In this document: piece by piece, positions 34,831-48,529 of the stretch | Layout of the letters: the number at the start of each line of letters is the position of its first letter | How positions within the stretch are numbered: the first letter of the stretch is position 1 | Origin: Camelus ferus | Taxonomy: Eukaryota | DNA length: 64,000 nucleotides | Direction: 5' to 3' | Assembly (NCBI RefSeq): GCF_009834535.1 | Contig: NC_045707.1 | Location: 33,170,001-33,234,000 of the forward strand | The notes under the pieces: generated by a model | Told to the model about the DNA's origin: nothing | Database searches by the model: none | The model's input: only the letters and a program-made list of their open reading frames with translations | Translations under genes and position numbers: made by a program

Positions 34831-37549
34831 TGACCTCTATTCTAATGGAACGGTGACATGGATAGAGTAATTTCTGCAGCAGATGGGAAAAGAGGGCAGG
34901 CCGTGGAGGGTCACAGGAGGTTTCTGGGAAGAACAGTGGCATGATCAAAGCACTGCTGTGGAAGATTGATCTGGTGGGGCTGCATGGAGGGGATGGGAGC
35001 GGGAGAGCCCTGCTGGAAGCCAGCTCTCCCTCTTCTGAACTCCAGTGGCTCTTTGTTTATACTCCCCATGCAGCATTAATCCAGGGCCGCACACTGGTTA
35101 TTTATTTGTTTACATTGACTCCCTTCCTACTAACACTTTGCTTAGAGCAGAAAGGATTCAGTGTGGCTTTAAACTGTCTTATATTTTACAACTAGATTAA
35201 TACAACTAAGTTCTTATCTCCTCCACTTGATTTTAAGCCTTGAGTATAAAAAGCATATATTTTACAGCTTTGTACTAACCATGTGTTTGACATGATGCCA
35301 TACTGATTATGGATGTTCAGGATCCAATGAATGAATAAATAAATGAATGAAAGGGCATCTGAGAGATTTCTGCTAAAGATAGGATTGTGGAAGGAATATG
35401 GTTAAATAAATTACAGTATTTGATTCTCCAAAATAATCTGCAAACATTAATAGGATGAGGGAGATCTATATGAATTAAAATGGTGAGAAGACAGTGATAT
35501 ACTGTTTAGTAAATCACAGAATACACACATGTATGTGAAAAAATGGTGTGCGTGTGTGTATGTGTGTGTTTGGTGCATATAGAACTATTAACACTGGTTG
35601 CCTCTGGGAAAAGTAATGGGATCAGGAAGGAGTCATGTAGATTTTTATGTTACAGTTTGTATCCGGAGTTTATACAATTCTGTATAGTTTTGTACACACT
35701 GTAAAACATATTTTACAGTGAGTTTGTATGACTTTTGTGTGTCCAGAGAATTTGGTAATGCAAACCATATATATCGAAGGACTAATACTATAGTTTCATG
35801 TTGTCTTGTTGCCTTAGCCAGGGTTTAAAAGAACCATTCTCTCCCACATGCTGAATGTCTTCATTTAACTTAATCTTGAAGATTCTTTCCAGCTTATGGT
35901 CAAGACCCACCTCTGAGTCCAGCTTCCTTCTCCGGGTCGCCTGCTCCCTAGGGAGCCACAAAAGATGCTCTACACATGGTCTCCTAGCATCCTTTTTGTC
36001 CTTCTTTTTTAAGACTTTTAATGGTACATCCTGGTCCCTCCCAGTCTGACTCTCCTTCTTCTGCCTGGGATCATTGACCTGGAGTCAGTCCAGCTGCCTC
36101 CCACAGCCTCCCCGGCAAGACTTCACAGTACTCCTTGCCATCTTCAGTGCAGCTCCCCGAAGCTTTAGTTACATGTGCTAAACCACCTTGGACCTGTTAC
36201 TTTACTTTCAGTAGAAAGAACTACAGTACCATTTCTGACTCATCCCTCTTTCCATCTCCCTGCCACCCCCAGATCAAAAAACAACATGATTTTTCAGAAG
36301 GAAATTATTTTCCTTAAAGATTTCATTGTGTTCTCCATCAGTGAGAAAGTATCGGCATCCGGTGGTTACAACCTTTTCTAACTATTAATACTCAAATAGT
36401 AATTAGAACTAGGATTTCCTTCATCAGTCGTTAGCCTTTCTTTTCCTTGCATTTGAATATTTTCTCATTTGAAAGGTACATTTTTCCTCTTCAATTTTTT
36501 CTATGTCTCCACTCACCACTAAACACCTTCCTTAACTTGCATGAAATCTCACTTGTGTTCAATTCTCCTAACACTTTCATGATGATAAAAATAATCGGAT
36601 CTTATCAGACAGCTGTGTGTAATTTCGTCTTGCACGACCGAGTGAACCACAGCATAAAACGTGCAGCTACTGAACAATCTTCAGGAACCTGAGGAGATTG
36701 TTCGTGGCTACCAGGCACCCTCTACCATGATCTTCACCACCTCTCCCACTCTCCTCAACTTCTTTTTGAGCGTACGGGAAACTCGGGGCACTGTCGCTCC
36801 AGCAGTCAAGTCTGAGACCAAGAACCCTTTCCATCAAGAGCCAGCTGGGTATGTGGTGCATTAAGAATGCCTACTATGTGCTCCACAGACACCATACCTC
36901 ATATACCTGTCCCCTGTCACGTTGCACCTGACGTGTTGCTGATCACGGACAAGACACGCAGAACCGAACAGTGGGTAACACTTTTCTGAAAGGTCATATC
37001 GAAAATTTCAGGCAGATTTGTGAAGTTCAAAGTAAATTGTTCTTGCCCTACTCTGATTTCACCAAGAATCCCCTTTCTAGGCAAATTCATTCTCTCACAC
37101 TTCTATGCCTTGGAAATTGAATCAAGCCATGGTTTTAATATTTTGTGGTCCCAGATTCCTTGAGAAACTGATGGAAACCATGAGGCCTACTTTTCCTGAA
37201 AAAAAAGCACTCTTGTTTATATACATGAAAATTTACAATTTCAAGGCATTTGCCTGTCCCGATACCCTGCCTCCTAAAAGTTGTTTTCTGAGGTCCTGGG
37301 TTAAGAACCCTGAACCAAAGGGAAGAAATTAATCTTTCGGAATAAAGTCCAGGCTAAAGAGATTCTAAATGGAGCTTATAGGTGGTTCTCACAGATAGGA
37401 CAGAGGGTGACAAAGCAGGCTAGTGGCGTTTAGGGAAACAGTAAAGGAGATACCGGTGAAAAAAAGGATCAGCATAGAGTGGTGTTAGGTGTTATGCTCA
37501 TGGGCTAATCAGTAGCCTTGAATGCTTCAATGAGGCTTTGGTATCAGAT

Positions 37550-37720
37550 GAATGTGGGTGAGGCCGGGTTCTGTCCTGGAGTAACCTTAGGCAATTTACT
37601 TGAACTTCCCCTAGATCCCATTGTCCTCAGCAGTAAAATGGGGATAGTTAGGGTTTACTGGGGACTGTCGTGTAAATGAAGTCCTTGTGAAGTGCTCCTT
37701 ACACCAGATACTGCCTGTTA
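37550..37720 (+). mobile_element. MIR SINE
   Basis: 'taaccttaggcaatttacttgaac...cctcagcagtaaaatggggatag'. Confidence 0.55.
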
Positions 37721-40603
37721 ACCTTATGCTGTGCAGGTCATTGACACTGGACTATGAATTAAAATTAAATGCTAACTCACTGAAAGCTATTTGCACGTTG
37801 GACCCTCTTTCGCTGCAGGAAGTTGTCCCATGTCAGTCCTTGGAGCAAAAAAAAAGGTGGAGGTGATGGGCACAGAGTAAAGGAGGACGTTGAAAAAAAA
37901 ACACCATAGCATCTTTACAGTCACACCTCTGAGAAAGGTAAGCTAGACCTGGGTGAAGAATAACATTAAGGGGCAGAGGGGAAGGACTGGAGCAGGGATT
38001 ATGGAGTAAGGAGGCAGATCTGGTCCTGGGCCTCAAGCCCTCTGTATTCCATCAGCTGTATTTGAAATCCATGATTAAAATCCATCTATGGTCAGCAACA
38101 GGCATGGTGCTTAGTCAACTGGAAGGTCCCATGGTCCAGCTTACAAATCTAAACTGAGCAAAGATCTCAACTACATGAGTTAAAAATTAAAATTGCCTCA
38201 AATTGCAAGCAGACTGACCCTACCTCTACATACACCAGGGGAGCATTGCAATATCATAAATACAGTTGACAGAGTGCAGAGGATCTATCACAGAGGACAA
38301 ACGTCAAGCCAGTCTGTGAGGTGGCCAAAGTCTTGAGGTCTTTGGGTACTGGTGGTAACCATGCTTTATGATTTGGCCATGTAATACATCGTCCTGACCA
38401 CTGGTTTTGACAGAGTTTCATTATCGTGATAAATGGCGTGGTTAAAATATCCAAGCATGGTTCCCACGCCAGCTGCTCTGTCTTGATTATACTGGGACAC
38501 ACACAGTTCCTAGAGGGGCCCATGATCCACTCTATTAACTCTCCAAGGAAAACATGTAGAGCCTTTAGAATGATGACATAGTGTGATCCAAGGAGACTTA
38601 AGGTCTTATTTATCAGCTTCTATACTAGTAATCCCAGCCGCTTGAAGGACAAAAAGATTTTATTTCATGTTCTACTAAAACAGACCTGTGGCACTTCCTC
38701 TAATTTAATGACTCAGGTGCCTGTAATCTTAAAACGTTGAAAGTCAGATATCTGTATATGTGCTTACTGTTTGTTTGTATGTATGTTACAAACCTGTTTC
38801 TGGATTTCATTTTACTTCGTGGAATGAAATCTGAAACAACTCAAGATTATTTAAGTAGGTTATTTAAAGCATAACATTGATTGCGCAACTTGTTTTGTTT
38901 TTTAAGTATTTAAATGCCCATGAGTTGTTTGACCCTACAAACAGAGATTTTGGTTTCTAACTTGGTCTGATCTTCATTAACAACTGTTCCTTCCTTATAA
39001 ACAGGAGAAGTAGGGACACAGAACACTCTAACTCCTTCCAAATCTGATGCTTCTCTCTCTCTCTCCCTCCCTTCTCCCTTTCCTCTCTCTACCCTATGGT
39101 AAGCAGTTAACGTTTTTATGAGATTTGTTAACTGCTGATTAAGAGGAAAATTAAACTTGGGAATCTTCACTTCTTAGAGAATCCCAAGAATTTGTAGAAC
39201 TGTGATGAGAGACTATGTCTACCCTAAGGGAACAGCATTAGTTCCTTGGAGCTGGTTCACTTTTCATTTTGTTTCCTTGCTTAGTTGAAAACTTTAACAG
39301 GTCAAGCAGTCTTAAGAATGAAAGATCTAATTCCAGGGCCAGGCCCACAGTATTTGTGAATGAATAGAAAGTTAATTGAGGAAAAGGGCAGACTGTATTT
39401 CATCCCCTGTTAAGTGGAGCTGATAAGCAGAGAAGTAAAATGTTTTTAAATTCCCAGGTATGCTTCTCAGCTTATGTCAATATCTTGGATTTCTTTTCCA
39501 TGGTAATTCCAAAGGTCAGAATTGTATTTTGTTTGTTTTTGTGAAATATTTTACAATATCAACTTCTCTCCTGGAAAAGCTTTCTAAAAATGTAATGACT
39601 TTTAGAAAGACATCTGATCAAACTTTGAATATTCACACTTGGTCTAGTGAGATAGTCAATTGTTTTCTTGTACATTTCTTAAGGTTACACAATTCTTTCT
39701 CAGATGAATGATTTTACTTTTACTAGATATATGATTATGTAAAATCTTCAATTTCCAGGGGAGTAAAATTACAAAGCTGGAAAAATGACTTCTTGTAATA
39801 TTTAAGGAACCTCTTCTTTGTTTCCATTATTTTTAGTTTGGTTTTGGTTTTCTAAGAATTTGCACCCTTGATTTTGGAACTCATTATTTCAAACTCCAAT
39901 AATCCTAAAAATGAAAGCTGAAACTACGGAACTTTTTATGGTTTTAACTTGATCAATCTCTTTCACCTTGAAAAGGGCAAGAATTTGCCCCCAACTAAGC
40001 CAAATTTGTGGAAAAGCTTGATAAAAATGACAAATGCTTTGTGTACAAGGTGATGTCCTCAGTGGTGTGACCCTTCCTGACTTTACATTTTATTCTACGA
40101 AATGTTCATATTATTATATGAAATGTTCATCCCATTCTTCTAGAAATGCTAAGCTTATTTTTCTAAGATCTCTTTCATGATTTTTTCAGTCCAAAGGGGA
40201 GAAGTAAATTGCAAGGCGTTTAGTGTTGTGATGATGCACAGGGGGTCATGCTTTAGTGAGAACTCAGAGATGGATTACAAATAAAAGCAGCTTAGTCTTC
40301 TCATCTGTAGAAATGGAGAGGAAGTTTACAGTTTATAAAGAAAGAAGCAGTAATGTGCTTACCTTATGAGACATATTGAAGCGCAGCACGGAATTGAAAA
40401 TATATACATATGAAAAGATTAAAATAGTCGGAAGAAAACAGCTTTGGCAACAAATTCCATAAAGACTGAATGTGAGAGATGTGAGAGACCACTGCACATT
40501 CTCCCTCTTGTTATTTGGTCCTTACATAAAGTTACAAAACACTGTTCTCACAGACTTTGTATTTTATTCTCGTCTCTGTTGCTGACACTGAATGATCAAA
40601 AAT

Positions 40604-40747
40604 NNNNNNNNNNNNNNNNNNNNNNNNNNNNNNNNNNNNNNNNNNNNNNNNNNNNNNNNNNNNNNNNNNNNNNNNNNNNNNNNNNNNNNNNNNNNNNNNN
40701 NNNNNNNNNNNNNNNNNNNNNNNNNNNNNNNNNNNNNNNNNNNNNNN
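40604..40747. other. Assembly gap or masked run (144 N)
   Basis: N-run covering the 5' junction of an L1. Confidence 0.9.
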
Positions 40748-41490
40748 AACTCTAATTTGAAAAGATACATGCATCTCAATGTTCATAGCAGCACTATTTA
40801 CAATAACCAAGACATGGAAGCAACCTAAATGCTCATCAACGGATGACTCGATATAGAAGTTGTGGTATATTTATATAATGGAATACTACTCAGCCATAAA
40901 AATTATAACATATTGCCATTTGCAGCAACATGGATGTCCCTGGAGAATGGACATCTTTATCCAGATGACTGGATAAAGAAGATGTGGTGTATATATATAC
41001 CACATATATACACACAATAGAATACTACTCAGCCACAAAAAAGGTTAATCAGTGCCATTAGCAGCAATATGGATGGACCCGGAGATCATCATTCTAAGTG
41101 AAGTAAGCCAGAAAGTGAAAGAAAAATACCATATGATATCACTCATACATGGAATCTAAAAAAAAAAGACACAAATGAACTTATTTACAAAACAGAAACA
41201 GACTCACGGATATAGAAAACAAACTTATGGTTACATGGGGGAAAGGGGGTGGGAAGGGATAAATTGGGAGTTTAAGATTTGCAGATACTAAATACTACAT
41301 ATAAAATAGCAAAACAACAAGTTTCTACTGTATAGCACAGGGAACTATATTCAATATCTTATAGTAACTTACAATGAAAAAGAATATGAAAATGAATACA
41401 TGTATGTATATGTATGACTGAAACATTATGCTGTACACCAGAAATTGACACAATATTGTAAACTAACTATACTTTGATTTAAAAAAAGAG
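40748..41490 (+). mobile_element. L1 ORF2 end plus 3'UTR (camelid type), composite with an internal duplication
   Basis: 'aatgttcatagcagcactatttacaataaccaagacatggaagcaacctaaatg', then the same 3'UTR as at 30165 and an A-rich tail. Confidence 0.9.
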
Positions 41491-41579
41491 AGAGAGAGGA
41501 AAATAAGTCCTGGGATTGATGTGGCTTATTTCCAATCTCTTGGCTGCTCTCAGAATTCAGGAATGATAAAGTCTGTGGT

Positions 41580-41598
41580 CACACACACACACACACAC
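41580..41598. repeat. (CA)9 microsatellite
   Basis: Directly visible. Confidence 0.9.
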
Positions 41599-42751
41599 TC
41601 CACAAATCCTTACGTTTTCAAAAGCAACACTGAGATTCAAATGTTCTTCCTCTGCTCTTTTATCCTGAGCACTTATTCCGAAAAGATCTTTTAAACTCTA
41701 TAAAAATTTTCAACCAACACCTTGCCTCTTAGTCTTTCAATCTGGTCCTCATATGTTAATTTTGGCCTTCCTCTAGTCAGGCTTCCTGTCATGGTATCCA
41801 GATAGAAAGAATAATGTGGAAAAGAGGAAAGTGAAGAGAAGAAAATGTCAACAGATAGGAAAGAATGGAAACAAAAGATTAAGGCCATTCCATAACTACA
41901 AAGGCCTAGAGAGAGAGGAAGAATCTGGAAAAATTAATTATATTAGGCCTGTAAAACATTTGAGCTTTTCACAGAAGGCTAGGGAATGAGAAACTGATCA
42001 GCAAATGGAGAGAGAAGTTGCATTTCACCATCAGGGTCAGGAGGAGCTCTGCCTGGGAGGGAGAGGTACCTAAGGACCAGCCGTGGACTTAGCAACTCAG
42101 GAGCCCCCGGACACACTAACCCTTATGACATTTCTTGGTTATCTGAAGACTTGGGGCTTAACAGAATAATGAAAGGGGTGTCCTCAGGGGAGGTGTTCCT
42201 CTTCTTCTTAGGACTAGCAGACTGGGTGCCAGGGCCACTCTGGACTCCTCAAGGCATCCTAAGACCTCTTTTTCAGCAAGAGTCAGGATCTGGGGGAACC
42301 AAAAAGACGGAATATACTCCTTGGTTATGGAGGGTTTTCTGAGATCTTTCAGATGCTTCCAGATGATTCCAGAAAGCCTAATCTAAGTTTGGCAGGCTGA
42401 CTGTATATCTGCATTTGTTTAGGGTGGACACAATTGACACCTGTTATTTCAGCCAAATTACTAAGAGCACATCTAACACTCCCAAAAGAGATGGATGCAA
42501 ATTTCAAGCTCATCCTAAAGTTTAGGCTCTGAGATCTCTAGGAGACCCAATCATCTATCAGCCTTTCTGAGTTTGAAGGAGTATGAGCCAGAGTAGCTCA
42601 CAGGCGACAGAGAACATCAGATCTCTGCAATCTCCCTGAAGATTGGGGAGTGAAGACAAGAACCATAACCTAGATCATTCTGTGGTCTCAATATACACAC
42701 ATGACTGGCACATCTGGCTATAGAGGGAAGGCAATAAATTTAACTCTTGGG

Positions 42752-42890
42752 ACAGGGGTTCTCAGATTTGAGGGCATCTTATTTGGTGGAGCTTTTTCAA
42801 ACTAGGATCTCGGGATCCCACCCTTAGAGTGCATGATTCACTGGGTCAGGGGTGGGTCACTGGGACCACCATCAGAAATCTGATATTCAC
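42752..42890. mobile_element. MER5A-like hAT-Charlie fragment
   Basis: 'caggggttctcagattt...gatcccacccttagag...tgattcactgggtcaggggtggg'. Confidence 0.55.
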
Positions 42891-43149
42891 CTCTAATAGT
42901 GAGGTTCCTTTTATTCCTTCAGCCATCATGCTAAATAAAGGTAGATCTCCACTAGTGTATTCATTTAACTTCTCAAAAGAAAAAAAAATTTTTAATTACA
43001 GCTAAAAAAGAAGGAAAGGCGAGTGTGCTCTTCATCTATTAACCACTTTGGAAAAAGACAACCAAATACAGCAACAAAAAATATAGAAAGTAATCATCCA
43101 CAATATAAATATTAAAGGGTTTCTTTTAATAATAATTACCCTTTTAAAA

Positions 43150-43280
43150 CATGAATTTACTTCATTACCATATTTGATCATCAAGACAACTTGTGAAATA
43201 GGAATAATTATCATAGTTGAAGAAAATGAGGCTTAGAGACTTTGTGTAGTCAGTCCAAGCTAGCAGATGACTACTCTTAT
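43150..43280 (-). mobile_element. MIR SINE fragment
   Basis: 'ttgaagaaaatgaggcttagagac...gtccaagctagcagatga'. Confidence 0.5.
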
Positions 43281-43579
43281 AAAAATTCAAATAAATTATA
43301 GGAATATGGTGCGGAAATGACAAAGGAAGAACCTATCATCAAAAATAATATCTCAATGGGATATACTTGCACATGTTTTATTTCTGTGTAGAACTTCACA
43401 ACCAGCAACCAGAAGGACCTCTCAAGTCCAGCTTTCTTCACCAGCTGGTCTAGAAAATTCTGAACATTAAGGTACATTAAATAGATAGTCAATATATAGT
43501 CTTGTGAATGCTTTGCTTGGTGACTTGTTACTGTTCAATAACCTTATGATCAGGACAGTCTTCAGACAATAATGCCCAA

Positions 43580-43850
43580 TTCTCCCCTTGCCATTGAAGA
43601 CTCATTTCTTCTTACTAAATCTTTCAGTATGTCCCAACTCTAGTTCTCTAAGGATACTACTTAAATATCTGAATATGATTATTAGTCATCCTAAATCTTC
43701 CCTTCTCAGGGTAATAAACTTAACTCCTTTAATACTTTCAATTGCTGTACCTTAAATTTCTAATCCTGGCCATGCTCTCCTCTGAAATACTTCCAGTTCT
43801 CAGATTGTTCTTTATAATAGAGAGGCAAATTTGACTTTTGCTCTAATGGT
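43580..43850 (-). mobile_element. CR1/L3 LINE remnant
   Basis: 'aaatatctgaatatgattattagtcatcctaaatcttcccttctcagggtaataaac...cctggccatgctctcctctgaaatacttccagtt' parallels the antisense L3 consensus. Confidence 0.45.
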
Positions 43851-44951
43851 CACTTCATGCCACAGCCTGTCCCTTCAAGATTATTAATATTGCACGTGCA
43901 AAGCTGCCCCCTGAGAAACAACACTATTTCGGTGATGTCTCTGGATTTCTTGCTTCTCTTACTAGGAAACATATTTTTCAGTTAAGTCAGTGCCCAGAAA
44001 GAGAATGACAGGACAGGTGTTGTTTGAGCCTGTGTTGCAGGAAATTGTAACAAGTTTTACCAATGTACTTTTATTTATTCTTTACAAGAAAAAGATGTAA
44101 ATGATTAACTGAGGTATTTATGTTATGCATAAGCTAAAATTTCTTTAGTTTCTTTCTTCCTCTTTCCCAATTCTTCAGTCCCCCCCTACCAAGTTCACCT
44201 CATCTTATAGGTAAGATTCCGGGTTCTGAGAGAAAGTGATAACCCCAGCTAAATCTAAAATTTGACTTTTCATTTACTTCTGTGATAAATAACACCCCAC
44301 TTAAGTTATTAAAGACTTTTCATTGGTTAAAAATGTTCCTTGTCAATGAAGCTTTACTTGAAATGTAAAGATGGAGTTGCTGTGTTTCTTTTTATAAGCA
44401 AAATACCTATTAATCATTCTGATCTTATATGCATATGGCTCTATTAAAACTAAAAATCATAATTATACAGCACCAAGTAAACTGCACAGAGATTCCTTTG
44501 ATAAAATGAAATATAAATTATAACTCCCTTTTCTTTGCTAGGCAAAACATGTTTTTCTAAGTTTTGACTTATGATTATACCCCTTGTACCTTTTTGTTGT
44601 GGTTGTCATTAATACTTGAAATTGCTTTTAATAGCTGAAGCATGTGCAGTTTAAAATCGTAATAGTCTTATGATACAACAACCTTTAATGTATCTTTAAA
44701 CATCAAAAAGATCAGTTTTCACACCTGGATGTTATTCAAGTCCACTTTAAGTTGGCTTTTTCCCCCCTCTGTGGGTAACATTTGTTACTGAAAAATCTTA
44801 CCCGTGTAAATATCGGGTAGAATTATCAATAATCGTGTTAATAATGTTAATGAAAGTGTACAGTTAAATGACGGAGACAATTAGTTCACACCGTTTGGGT
44901 TTATTTATTTAGCAGGGAGCATTGTTTAACATGTCAGTCCCGAGAAACAGA

Positions 44952-45091
44952 NNNNNNNNNNNNNNNNNNNNNNNNNNNNNNNNNNNNNNNNNNNNNNNNN
45001 NNNNNNNNNNNNNNNNNNNNNNNNNNNNNNNNNNNNNNNNNNNNNNNNNNNNNNNNNNNNNNNNNNNNNNNNNNNNNNNNNNNNNNNNNNN
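44952..45091. other. Assembly gap or masked run (140 N)
   Basis: N-run about 250 bp to the left of CpG island 1. Confidence 0.9.
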
Positions 45092-45339
45092 AGACTGGAT
45101 TCAGTGACATCGTTTAACTGCTCCCGAGTCGGGGGCTTTAACTCGGTATTTTTAGGGAAGGAGCTGTCAGGCTAATCTGAGGACATTTGGGGAAAGTTAA
45201 TAAACCGTCAGAAACTCGTAACCAGTTAGATTTCTCGTGGTTTGGTAGAGATTTTAACACTTCTCCCCTCCTCCCCTCCACTTTCACTCCGGCCCCTCCC
45301 TCTTCGGAACGCTTAAAAATATTAATAATACTTTTAAAC

Positions 45340-45990
45340 TCGAATGCCGGCTCTAAACGTGCCCCCTAACTGGTGAAAGTCAAAGCGCCCCGCACTGGGA
45401 CGTGGCTGAGCGGAAGGCCAGGACAGGGGCGTCCGCGAGGAGGGAGCAACTGAAAACCCCTCGCTCCGCCCTGGTGGCGGGCACTTGCACGCCGCAAACC
45501 CGGGAGCCGCCGCCACCGCGGGCACACCCTTGGTGGACACCCGGGGCGCATCTTCGGGGAGCAGCCCCCCCCCTGTGCTCGGCCCCGGTCCCCCTGCGGC
45601 CGGAAGAGATGTCTGTTAGGCTCCCCGCGCCGTCCTCGGGATGGAAGCGTTAGTTGTTCCCGGGCGCAACTTCCGCGCCCCAGGCAGCGAGGGTCCCGGC
45701 GGGTCCGCGCGGAGGCCGGCAATGGTCGTGACCTCGCCAGCGAAGGGCGGCTCCGGCGGCGCATCCCGATCACACGCGGCAGCGAGCGCGCGGGGGCCGC
45801 CGTGCAGCGGGGCGGTCCCCCGGAGCCCGCGCTGGGCTTTCCCGGCGCCGCAGCAGCCCGGCCCGCGACCGGATAGGGCGGGGAGGGGGCAGCGGCGAAC
45901 TGCTGCTAACTGTTACTGCGGGAGGGGGAGGACGCGACCCAAAAGCTATTTTAAGCACAAAAGCCGCGCCGTGGGTCATTCGGGACACCT
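45340..45990. promoter_or_regulatory. CpG island 1 (probable promoter or regulatory island)
   Basis: Very high GC and CpG density against an AT-rich background. Contains a GC box (about 45876), a RELA-type TGGGCTTTCC (45833-45842), a partial CTCF-like CCCTGGTGG (about 45469-45477) and an AT-rich ctattttaag (about 45946). Confidence 0.85.
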
Positions 45991-46130
45991 AAGAAATACT
46001 AATGAACTGCAGCCTCCACCCATCCGCAAACATAACATGCATATGTGCTTTCTTACAGGTTAGCTTGTCAGACTTTCCTTTATAAATTCATCCCCTTGCC
46101 CTGTTTCCCTGGCAAGGATTCAGCCACTAG

Positions 46131-46230
46131 ATTTTTTTTTTTCTTTCTCTTTGTTTCTTTTCTTTCTTTTTCTTTTTCTTTTTTTTTCCTCTTTCTTTCT
46201 TTTTCTTTTCTTTCTTTTCCTTTTTACTTC
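46131..46230. repeat. T-rich (TTTC)n-like low-complexity tract
   Basis: Directly visible polypyrimidine run. Confidence 0.9.
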
Positions 46231-48529
46231 GTATTAGAAGTTGGCTAACATTTCTTTATAGCAGATTTCTATTTCGTATTTTTTAAAAACCCATCCCTGG
46301 TGGGAAAAATCACAAATGGCATACTGATACAAATCAGGTTTTCAACCAAATCTTCTTCTAGGAATGTATTCCAAAATCTGCCAACTGCCATCATTCAAAA
46401 CAAACAAGAGACAAACAAAAAAATTACCAATTTTGGGTAGTGGAATGAATGATCAGGATAGTTTGGGGGAAGGAAAAGAAAGGACCTACTGAGGCTCACA
46501 TCCATTTACTTATCAGAAACCTTACAGCTGACCATCACTGGAAGCAAAGCAATGCCAGGAATGTCACATGATCCTTAGATCTTGGTATCCTGTCTGGGCA
46601 AAGATCCAGTGTTTGACACTACAGAGAAAGGGACAAACCTGTGCAGCAGATTCCCAAGAGTAATACACACAGAGAAACCTTTGAAAGAACATTGTTTTGC
46701 AAATGTGAATGATTTTCATTCAATGACTATTTGGACAAGCCTCTTATGGTAGGAAGGATAAGAAGGAACTGGGAAAGGGATAGAATATGAATAAATGTAG
46801 GGCTCTGACCCTCACAGATCATCTAATCTAGTGATAGGAAGAAAGTTAGAAGATGGCAAGGGGTAGAAAGTGTAAATGCCCCAAGATAGGCTCTAAATAA
46901 AGTACTAGGGAGTTCAGTGGAGGAAGGATTACTTCTGGCTGAAGGATGGTCCTTTATTAAACTGAGTCTGGCCAAACTTCAGCTCTGTCTTGGGCTCCAA
47001 ATAAGCTGAGGGATTCACTAAAGGTTACTTCCCTTTAAGAAAGTCCTTGTGTAGACTTTGTGTACAGGATTGCCTCTTCTAGAACCTTCAGTATGTTTCC
47101 TTCTGTCAGCTTTAAGTCGTCACCTTCTTCCCTTTTGAAGTTTCTTAAACACTCATTTTGAGGGCCAATTCCTGTAAATTGAGGCTGAGCTGAGGTGACA
47201 CAAAGGGAGTTAAAAGTTACGAGCTAAGTGTGGTTTACTTAATACTTCTTTCCAAAAAGAATCTGGGTGGTCTATGAGTGAAAACACTCCAATTCAAATA
47301 AATTGGTAAAATCAAAATAGAAAGCCAGAAAAGAAAAAAATGGAAACTTGAAATAAGGCAACCCAAAGAGTGAACATGATTACTGAGACGAAGCTTCAGA
47401 TTTGGTTCTGAGCTTCTTAGCAGCCAAGGCAAAGAGAGAAAAACCCTGACATTGATCTTGCTGTTGAAAAATCCAAAGAATAACTATTTTCAAATGAAAC
47501 TAAATTTTAAAAGAAATCTGCTATATGGAGTATCATGAAGGGCACTTGGGGATGTAACAGGCAGCGTCCTAACAGCACTTCTACAGAAAAGAAAAGAGGG
47601 TATCACAGCCCTGTTTCTTGTAATAACCTCTCATAGAAACTAAGACTTGGGTGAAGGGAAGTCAATGCAGACTAAGCTAATATAATTCAGTATTGGGTTC
47701 ACTTTAAACACTAAATAACATATCCACTGGGCAGTCTTCCCCAGATACCACTTCTTGGAGCTGGGCCAAATTATTTAAAATAAAGATTCTTCCTTCTGGC
47801 AAGAGCCCAGAGTGTTGGTATTACTTTGGGATCATAGAGTCCAGATTCATAGGGTTTGGGAAACCATTGAACAAATGCTGAGTTTGTCATCCTTCTACTA
47901 AAGTTGCAGAAGCAAATCAGTGTATTCACACCGATGAAGACCACCCCTGTTTTCCTTAGAGGTAGGCTGCTGGGGCATCTCAAGGGGGAGCCAAAATTTT
48001 CCTTAGGAAGTTGCTTTGAATGTGCTCCAGCACTTGAACAAATGTTTAATTGAATCCCTGGAGTTCCATACTGTTGGGGCATGGAAAACATTTCAAAGCT
48101 AGAGTTTCCTAATCACCCACAGTGGCTGGAGGAAAACATCAGTAGGACTCCCACAGAACCTCTCGCTGAACCGCGAGGCTTTCTGATGGGACTCCAGAGT
48201 GAGTTCACTGCAAAAGGAAACTGAATGAGTTGAGAATAGCACCCACAAACCACGACTTTAATTTTACTATAGTTGGTTAGGCCATTATTTTTGACAGGTA
48301 TTAGATACTGCAACCACTTTTTCTTGAGGCCACTTTTGATTCATGATAACAAAACAATGTCATCAGACCAGAGGAAAATGTTTCTTTCCCTGTTTACTAC
48401 GGCAGGGGACTTTTAAACAAGAACGAGCTCCCAGTCGTCCTGTATCATATCCCTCCAAGGACTGTGATGTGATCTATCAGGAGACAGTTCTGGCTTGTCT
48501 TGATTCTTATAGGGAGTGTTGGAACGGAG

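Noticed and set aside
4555-45107. ORFs containing X-runs (4555, 4601, 9003, 9055, 29971, 30008, 30012, 40444, 40532, 40564, 40592, 44922)
   Set aside because: They stay open only because they cross N-runs.
45334-46063. ORFs of 68-140 aa in CpG island 1
   Set aside because: R/P/G/A-rich ORFs open in many frames, as expected from stop-codon scarcity in GC-rich DNA. No known protein recognised.
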